Source: an uncultured Candidatus Binatia bacterium (GTDB lineage: Bacteria; Desulfobacterota; Binatia; UBA9968; JAJDTQ01). From it: a DNA stretch of 64,000 nt. The stretch spans positions 3,040,001-3,104,000 of the forward strand of contig OZ251459.1 in the NCBI GenBank assembly GCA_965242525.1, read 5' to 3'. Position 1 is the stretch's first letter. Each line of letters starts with the position of its first letter. The notes below the pieces were generated by a model. It did not search any database. It worked only from the letters and a program-made list of their open reading frames with translations, and was not told the origin of the DNA. A program made the position numbers and the translations under genes. This document shows, piece after piece, positions 54,024-64,000 of this stretch.

Positions 54024-54434
54024 TCAGCGCCGGCCCGCGGCCTCGAGTCGCAGGACGGCCCTTTGCAGGGCGGCCCTGGCCGCGGCCAGCCGGTCCTCGT
54101 CCGCCTGGCCGCCCTCGTCGAGGGCGCGTTCGGCCCTGGCCTTGGCGTCTTCGGCCCTGGTGGTGTCGATCTCGTGGGGGAACTCCGCGGCGTTGGCCAG
54201 CACGGTCACCACGTTGTCGAGCACCTCGGCGTACCCTCCGGTCACGGTGACCACCGCGGCGGCGCCGGACTTCCGGTAGCCGAGCTGGCCGATCTCCAGC
54301 GTGGTCATCAGCGCAGCGTGGTCGGGCAGGATGCCGAGTTGGCCGAGGGGGCCGGGCGCCGTCAACTCGTCCACCTGCTCTTCGAGCACGAGGCGGACCG
54401 GCGTCACCACCTTCAGTGATATGCTGTCGGCCAT
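54024..54434 (-). CDS. atpC: ATP synthase epsilon subunit
   Basis: LKVVTP, GQLGILPDHA, GGYAEV. Confidence 0.95.
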   Translation of the reverse strand: MADSISLKVVTPVRLVLEEQVDELTAPGPLGQLGILPDHAALMTTLEIGQLGYRKSGAAAVVTVTGGYAEVLDNVVTVLANAAEFPHEIDTTRAEDAKARAERALDEGGQADEDRLAAARAALQRAVLRLEAAGRR

Positions 54435-54437
54435 GAC

Positions 54438-58252
<3,815 letters not shown>

Positions 58253-58279
58253 TGCTCGCTCCTTGAACTTCGTGTCCGG

Positions 58280-58816
58280 TTAGTAGGACCGTTCGATGCT
58301 CTGCCTGAGGCTCTGAAGCTGGGTGCGCACGCTCCCGTCATAGACCTTGCCGCCGACCTCGACGATGACCCCGCCGATGATGGCCGGGTCCACCACTTCC
58401 GTGAGCATGGCGGTCTTGCCGCTCATCCGGCCCACCACCGCGGCAAGGCTTTCGCGCCGCTCCTCGCCCAGGGGCTCGGACACCACCACCTTGGCGTTGA
58501 CCCGGCCCCGGGCGTGGTCCAGCAGGCCGTGGTAGTGGCGCGCCATGGAGGACAGCCCGTCCAGCCGGTCCCGGGTCACCAGCAGGGAAAGGAAGTTCCG
58601 GGTGAGGTCCGAGAGCTCCATGCGCGCAGCCAACTCGGCGACGATGCTCCGGCGGCGCTCCTGGCTGAAGGCCGGGTTCCCCAGCACGCTCTTGAGGTCG
58701 GGATGCCGGCACACTTCGAGACAGCGGTCGATCTCCGCGCCGACCGCTTCCTCGCGGCCCGCGGCCAACTCGAAGACGGCTTTTGCGTAACGGCGGCTCA
58801 GTGTTCCTTCGATCAT
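58280..58816 (-). CDS. atpH: ATP synthase delta subunit
   Basis: RRYAKAVF, VDPAIIGG, YDGSVRTQL. Confidence 0.93.
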   Translation of the reverse strand: MIEGTLSRRYAKAVFELAAGREEAVGAEIDRCLEVCRHPDLKSVLGNPAFSQERRRSIVAELAARMELSDLTRNFLSLLVTRDRLDGLSSMARHYHGLLDHARGRVNAKVVVSEPLGEERRESLAAVVGRMSGKTAMLTEVVDPAIIGGVIVEVGGKVYDGSVRTQLQSLRQSIERSY

Positions 58817-58849
58817 GGGTGGTCAACCGGGCTCTCGACCTCGCGCGGG

Positions 58850-59392
58850 TCAGAGCTCCCGTATCTGCCGTGAGAAGTCCTCGACCATGCGGTCCTGGTC
58901 CGGAGCCGCCAGGTGCTGCCGGATCACTCGCGCCGCGGCTTCCTGGGCCAACGACGCGATCTCCCCGCGGATCTGCTGGCGCGCCATCTTGACTTCCTGC
59001 TCGGCCAGGAAGTCGGCGTCGGCTTTCAGCTTGGCCGCCGACTCTTCCGCTTCGGCCGCGATCCGGACCCGTTCGCGCTCGCCCTCGGCCCTCAGCCCGT
59101 CGCGTATCCGGGCGCATTCCTCGTCGAGGACGTCCAGCAGTTCCCGGTACTTCCTGACGTGCCCCGCGGCGTCCTCCCGGGCCTGGTGCGCGGTCGCCAC
59201 CGCCTCCACCAGCGCCTCGCGGCGCTGCTTCAGGTACTGCCTGAGCGGCGGAAGACCGAAACGCTTGACCAGGTAGGCGAAGATGAGGAAGTTGATGAGC
59301 GGGAACAACAGGTCCGCGATGGAAGACGCATGGGCTCCGTCCCCGGTAGCGGCCCACGCAGTGGAAACCGTCAGGCAGGCCAACGCGCTCAT
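58850..59392 (-). CDS. atpF: ATP synthase F0 subunit b
   Basis: INFLIF TM plus coiled coil; operon position. Confidence 0.85.
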   Translation of the reverse strand: MSALACLTVSTAWAATGDGAHASSIADLLFPLINFLIFAYLVKRFGLPPLRQYLKQRREALVEAVATAHQAREDAAGHVRKYRELLDVLDEECARIRDGLRAEGERERVRIAAEAEESAAKLKADADFLAEQEVKMARQQIRGEIASLAQEAAARVIRQHLAAPDQDRMVEDFSRQIREL

Positions 59393-59817
59393 GCCAGCTT
59401 CCGGCCCAGCACCTTCTCCGCCATCTGGCGGGCGAGGGTCTCTGCGTCCTGAGCGGCGACGCCCCGGGCGGCCTCCAGTTCCCTGCGGACTTCTTCGCGC
59501 ATCTCCTGGATCCTTCGGGCCGCGTCCTCACGGCCCTGGGAGACGACCGCGTTGCGGGCCTTGAGCGCTTCCTCCCGGATCTCGCTCCTGATCGTTTCCC
59601 CTTCGGCGCGCGCGGTGGCGATGGCGGCGTCGTATCGGGCCTGCAACTCCTTGCCTTCCTCCATCATGGAACGGGCTTCGGCGTGGGTCCCCACGGTCCT
59701 GCGCTCGCGTTCCGCCATCAGCCGCCCGACCGGGCCGAAGAGGACCCGGCGCAAGATGCTCCACAGGACCAGGAACAGGGCAATTTGCACCACCAGGGAA
59801 AAATCTATGCTGATCAT
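59389..59817 (-). CDS. atpF: ATP synthase F0 subunit b'
   Basis: MISIDFSLVVQIALFLVLWSILRRVLFGP plus coiled coil. Confidence 0.85.
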   Translation of the reverse strand: MISIDFSLVVQIALFLVLWSILRRVLFGPVGRLMAERERRTVGTHAEARSMMEEGKELQARYDAAIATARAEGETIRSEIREEALKARNAVVSQGREDAARRIQEMREEVRRELEAARGVAAQDAETLARQMAEKVLGRKLA

Positions 59818-59909
59818 CGATGGCTACGAGTTCGGTGCTTGCGACGCCTGGACCTGACCGCAGGCCCGCGTCAGCGGAAATTCGGAGACAGCGTAGAAAC
59901 GCGGACACC

Positions 59910-59939
59910 TGTATAACATCGGACCCGACTCCTTGTCAA
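59910..59939 (-). promoter_or_regulatory. Putative sigma70 promoter of atp operon
   Basis: Minus strand TTGACA-18 bp-TATACA with TG extension. Confidence 0.5.
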
Positions 59940-60079
59940 AAGAGGGGCGCGGAATAGTACCTGGCCTCGGTCCGCCATCCCCGCGAAAGCATGTCCTCGC
60001 GGAAGCGGGGGCGGGAATCCGGAAGCCCCGAATCAGGTGGTGGATTGGATCAGGACGCTCACATGGGGTATATGCCGGT

Positions 60080-61507
60080 ATGGTTTCGGCATTGCCGGGA
60101 AGGGCGCCGCTCTTCCTGTTCGTGGCGGCGCTCCTGCTGGCGGCCTTCGCCGCCGGGCTGTATGTCGCTCGGTACAAGGTCTTTCCCTACGGTATCCTGT
60201 CTTCCGCCAGGAAAACTTTCCTGGCGGCGAACGAGGCCAGGGTTACTGCACCCTTCCAGAGACTACGGTGGGTGGATATCCCTCCCGACCAAGTGGCGGA
60301 CCGGCGCTTCGAGTTCATCGGCAGCGACCGCTTGACCGATCCGATACTGGTTCCGGGAGGGCGGGGGTACTTCCGGGAGCACTGTCCGGGCCACGTGGGC
60401 TGTCTGGCGGTGGAGTACGCCGGCCGGGGCGAAGTCCGGCATGCCTGGCCGTACCGCCCCGAGGAGTTGGAGAAATGGCTGGAGAAGGAGGAGTTCACCA
60501 GGGATTTCCCGTACGAGCACGCAATCGGGTTCTCCTTCATCAAGCATGCGCACTTTAAGGGAATATCGAAATACGCCAATGGGGACCTGCTGGCGGTCTT
60601 CCACTTCGGACCTCATAGCCACCCTTCCGGTGGCGGGGTGGCGCGCATCGACCGGAGCGGCAAGCCGGTGTGGTACCGTCCGGACTACAGCCACCATCGA
60701 CCGCACCTGACCGATGATGAAGTCCTTCTGGTTCCGGGCCTGCGGCTCGACAAGCCCAGGGAGACCGCGCTCGCATCGCGACGGCACATCCTCCGAACCG
60801 GCATACCTCGTCCGCAATCGTTTCACGACACCGTGAACGTAATCGACCCGGGAGGGAGGATGATAGAAGAGATTCCCGTCTTCGACGCCATACGGAATTC
60901 TACCTATGCCCCGCTCTTGCGCTTCTCGGATCCTTACGACTTGACGCATCTCAATTCCGTCCATCGGCTAGGAAAAGACACGGGAGGGGGGGGGGGGCTC
61001 GAACCTGGAGACCTCGTGGTGTCCTTCAGAAGCCTGCACGCGTTCGCCATACTGGACCACCGGGACCATCGGTTGAAGCGCCTGATGCGCGGCAGTTTCT
61101 TCAAGCAACACGACGTCCTGCATTTCAAAGGCTCCCGGTTCCTCATGCTGGACAACCAGGGCGCCCGAAACGCGGCCGGCGGCTCGTTCATATCACGGCT
61201 GCTGATGGTGGACACGACAAGCGGCGAGGAGACCACGATCTTCCCGAACCACAGAACTCCCGCCCACTTGCGAAAACTGTACACCGACGAAGCAGGCGGA
61301 CTTGACATTTCCCCGGACCGCAGCAGGGCCATCGTCACGATTAGCGCTGCGGGCAAGGCAGTGGAGGTCCGTATCGCCGATGGCGCGGTGCTGGTAGTGT
61401 TCGATTCGATCCACGACGTGTCGCAATCGGAGGAGTTTCCGGAGGAACGAGCCACCCGGGCGGGACGGAGGTGGTTCCAGAGCATCCGCTATAGCGGTGA
61501 CGGATGA
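60080..61507 (+). CDS. Arylsulfotransferase (ASST)-like beta-propeller protein
   Basis: N-terminal TM, YSHH, DLTHLNSV, VVSFRSL, FKQHD, LDNQG; internal G12 tract. Confidence 0.7.
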   Translation: MVSALPGRAPLFLFVAALLLAAFAAGLYVARYKVFPYGILSSARKTFLAANEARVTAPFQRLRWVDIPPDQVADRRFEFIGSDRLTDPILVPGGRGYFREHCPGHVGCLAVEYAGRGEVRHAWPYRPEELEKWLEKEEFTRDFPYEHAIGFSFIKHAHFKGISKYANGDLLAVFHFGPHSHPSGGGVARIDRSGKPVWYRPDYSHHRPHLTDDEVLLVPGLRLDKPRETALASRRHILRTGIPRPQSFHDTVNVIDPGGRMIEEIPVFDAIRNSTYAPLLRFSDPYDLTHLNSVHRLGKDTGGGGGLEPGDLVVSFRSLHAFAILDHRDHRLKRLMRGSFFKQHDVLHFKGSRFLMLDNQGARNAAGGSFISRLLMVDTTSGEETTIFPNHRTPAHLRKLYTDEAGGLDISPDRSRAIVTISAAGKAVEVRIADGAVLVVFDSIHDVSQSEEFPEERATRAGRRWFQSIRYSGDG

Positions 61508-61548
61508 TGGTAAGGCGGGATGGATGCAGCGCGTCCCTGAAGTTGCGG

Positions 61549-62412
61549 CTAACCGTTCCCCATCATCACGTTCGTGATGCGCTCCAGGTCGTCCTGGGAA
61601 TAGTATTCGATCTCCAGCTTGCCCTTGTGGTCGCTGGCCCGGTGCGTGAGCCGGACCCGGGTGCCGAGCCGGCGCTGCAACGTCTCCACCAGGCTCGACA
61701 GGTCCGGGTCCAGCCGGTCTTCGTTCCTGGTCCGCTTTCCCCTCTTGAGCCGCTTGACCAGGGCCTCGGCCTCCCGGGTCGAGAGCCCCTTGCCCATGAC
61801 TTCGCGCGCGGCCGCGGCCAACGCCGAGCGGTCTTCGAGTCCCAGCAGGGCCCGCACCTGGCCCGCGGCCAGCTCGCCGCGGCTCACGTGACCCTTGACC
61901 TCGTCGGGCAGGGACAGGAGCCGGAGCGAGTTGGCCACCGCAGAACGGCTCCTGCCGACCTTCTCGGACACCTGCTCCTGGGTCAGTTCGAACCGTTCCT
62001 GTAGCTGCGCGAACGCCTCCGCTTCTTCGATGGGGTTCAGGTCCTCGCGTTGGAGGTTTTCGACCAGGGCCAGCAGCAACGAGTTCGGGTCGGCCGTCTC
62101 GTGGATGACGATGGGGACTTCCGAGAGCCCCAACCTGCGAGCCGCCCGCAGCCGGCGTTCGCCCGCGATCAGCTCGTAGCCGCCGGCTCTGGTGCGGACT
62201 ACCAGGGGTTGCAGCATTCCGCTGGCCTCGATGGAATCGGCCAGCTCGTTGATCTTGTGTTCGTCGAATACCCGCCGCGGCTGGTTCGGGTTGGGAACGA
62301 TCAACGAGGGATGGACCGTGGTGGGCGGATCGTCCGGTCGGCGGTCCTGGACCAGCGGCTCGCCTTTGGGAAGCAGGGCGTCAAGACCCCGACCCAATCT
62401 ATTCTTCTGCAT
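61549..62412 (-). CDS. parB: Chromosome partitioning protein ParB
   Basis: LGRGLDALL, PNPNQPRRVF, IAGERRLRA, ENLQREDLNPIEEA. Confidence 0.96.
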   Translation of the reverse strand: MQKNRLGRGLDALLPKGEPLVQDRRPDDPPTTVHPSLIVPNPNQPRRVFDEHKINELADSIEASGMLQPLVVRTRAGGYELIAGERRLRAARRLGLSEVPIVIHETADPNSLLLALVENLQREDLNPIEEAEAFAQLQERFELTQEQVSEKVGRSRSAVANSLRLLSLPDEVKGHVSRGELAAGQVRALLGLEDRSALAAAAREVMGKGLSTREAEALVKRLKRGKRTRNEDRLDPDLSSLVETLQRRLGTRVRLTHRASDHKGKLEIEYYSQDDLERITNVMMGNG

Positions 62413-63181
62413 GTCTCGACTCCTTTCGACTCACCACTTCGGCAGCGAGACTCAGGTAACTCTGTGCTCCCGCGGAACGGGCGTCGTAGAGCAGCGCCGG
62501 CTTTCCGTGGCTGGGGCTTTCGCTCAGGCGAACGTTCCGAGGGATGACGGTCTCGAAGACGTGGTCGGGAAAATGGCTGCGGACGTCCTGAGCCACCTGG
62601 GCGGAAAGGTTGCTGCGTCCATCATACATGCACAGGACCACGCCTTCGAGCTTCAAGCCCCGGTTGTAGGTGGCCTGAACGCGCTTCATGGTGTCCAGTA
62701 CGGTGCTGAGGCCTTCGAGGGCGTAATACTCACACTGGACGGGCACCAGCAGCGAATCCGCGGCTACCAGGGCGTTGAGCGTGAGCAGCCCCACCGAAGG
62801 CGGACAATCCAGCAGTATGTAGTCGAACCGGTATCGGACCGTCTCCAGGGCGTGGCTGAGCCGTTCGGTGCGGTTCTCCATGTCGATCATCTGGATCTCG
62901 GCGCTGACCAGGTCGCGGGTGGCCGGCAGCATGAAGAGCCGCGCCATCTCTGTCGCGCACAGCGCTTCGGTGACGAAACAGTTGTCGAGCATCACGTCGT
63001 AGATGCTTTTGTTGAGGAACTCCCGATCAACGCCGAACCCCGTCGTGCTGTTGCCCTGCGGGTCCATGTCCACGATCAGGGTCCTCTTCGCGGCAACGGC
63101 CAGGGATGCGCCGAGGTTCACCGCAGTGGTGGTCTTCCCGACCCCTCCCTTCTGGTTGGCTATGGCGATGATTTTACCCAA
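62399..63181 (-). CDS. parA: Chromosome partitioning ATPase ParA/Soj
   Basis: NQKGGVGKTTT, DMDPQGN, DCPPS, VQCEYYALEG, LSESPSHG. Confidence 0.96.
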   Translation of the reverse strand: MGKIIAIANQKGGVGKTTTAVNLGASLAVAAKRTLIVDMDPQGNSTTGFGVDREFLNKSIYDVMLDNCFVTEALCATEMARLFMLPATRDLVSAEIQMIDMENRTERLSHALETVRYRFDYILLDCPPSVGLLTLNALVAADSLLVPVQCEYYALEGLSTVLDTMKRVQATYNRGLKLEGVVLCMYDGRSNLSAQVAQDVRSHFPDHVFETVIPRNVRLSESPSHGKPALLYDARSAGAQSYLSLAAEVVSRKESRHAEE

Positions 63182-63260
63182 AAATCGTTACAACTCAATG
63201 AGTTATGCAACAGTCCACCGTTTGTTTTGTAGCACGCGCCGGCTTGGAAGGGAAGCTCCG

Positions 63261-63276
63261 TGTTTCACGTGAAACC
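63261..63276. promoter_or_regulatory. parS site
   Basis: TGTTTCACGTGAAACC, 15/16 match to consensus TGTTTCACGTGAAACA, 80 bp upstream of parA. Confidence 0.85.
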
Positions 63277-63308
63277 ACCCACAAACCGAAAAAGCAAAAA
63301 CCAAGCAA

Positions 63309-64000
63309 AGGAAACCCTGAAGAATCGGGACAGGGGGACATTATGGATTCCCGCTTTCGCGGGAATGACGAGGTATGGGCGTCTGCGGAGCAATGACGGC
63401 GTGTTCCCTTTCGCTCCCCTTTTCCTCCTACCTTAGGAACATCCGAACAATCGAGACATCTGGGATGGATTCCCGATTCCCTCACCCTGACGCCCCTATT
63501 CCCGTTCGTCCTGAGCGTAGCGAAGCGAAGTCGAAGGACGCTCTCATGCCCTCTGCCCGATTGTTCAGAGGTTCCCTTACCCACACAAAAGCCGGAAGAT
63601 CCCGTAAATCAAAGGTCTGTCATTCCCCTGCTTCCACGGGTCCTTCTCTGGCAGGCAGTAAGCCGAGAGGCAGGCGTCGCGGATGCCCACCTCGCATTCC
63701 CGCAGATGCCCACTCCCCGCCATTCCCGCGAAAGCGGGAATCCACTATCGCAGAGTGCCATAGGTCTGCTCGCAAGGATGCAAACACAGGGAATTTTCAT
63801 AAGGAACCTCCGAAGAATCGGGACAAGGGGAATGAGCGCGTCCTTCGACTCCGCTACGCTACGCTCAGGACGAACGGGATAGGAGCGTCAGGATGCGGGT
63901 ACCGGGAATCCATCCCGGATGTCTCGAATCTCCGGATTCCCGCTTTCGCGGGAATGACGGCATGAGGTTTCGCGGGAATGACGGGGCTGGCGTCCGCGGG
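63309..64000. repeat. Cluster of REP-like hairpins and composite MITE-like elements
   Basis: Several ATTCCCGC..GCGGGAATGAC palindromes, two copies of the CGTTCGTCCTGAGC...GAAGGACG hairpin, element 63435-63576 with inverted ends. Confidence 0.8.

Noticed and set aside
63195-63965. ORFs in the terminal repeat field
   Set aside because: Translations of REP/MITE repeats (VLRLRFATLRTNG, MDSRFRGND), not genes.

Overview
GC-rich bacterial chromosome segment. The gene order (parA-parB then atpF'FHAGDC without atpBE, aroC-K-B-Q, gyrB-gyrA-gpsA, proS-pyrF, rpmH-rnpA-yidD-yidC-jag) is typical of deltaproteobacteria-like lineages near the replication origin, and there is a parS site. Bases 1-17,000 are a defence island: a class I DISARM-like locus (drmD, frameshifted drmMI, drmA running off the left edge) split by inserted genes. 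These include a 5-hmdU DNA kinase/aGPT-Pplase1-family gene overlapping the drmMI stop, and a convergent operon XRE - unknown ORF - TIR(DUF1863) - Nmad2 with an antitoxin-like tail - VapC/PIN - MazG/MazG_C. This nested nucleotide-modification/TIR/toxin module is the best candidate for an undescribed system. Other notable items: a 36-30-36 bp repeat-spacer-repeat just upstream of drmMI; five tandem mosaic SGNH-hydrolase paralogues behind a membrane gene with a C16 tract; an apparently orphan DNA methyltransferase plus a probable nuclease remnant where dnaA normally lies (dnaA/dnaN/recF absent); and a family of REP-carrying MITE-like repeats. All family calls come from motif recognition by eye; no database searches were run.
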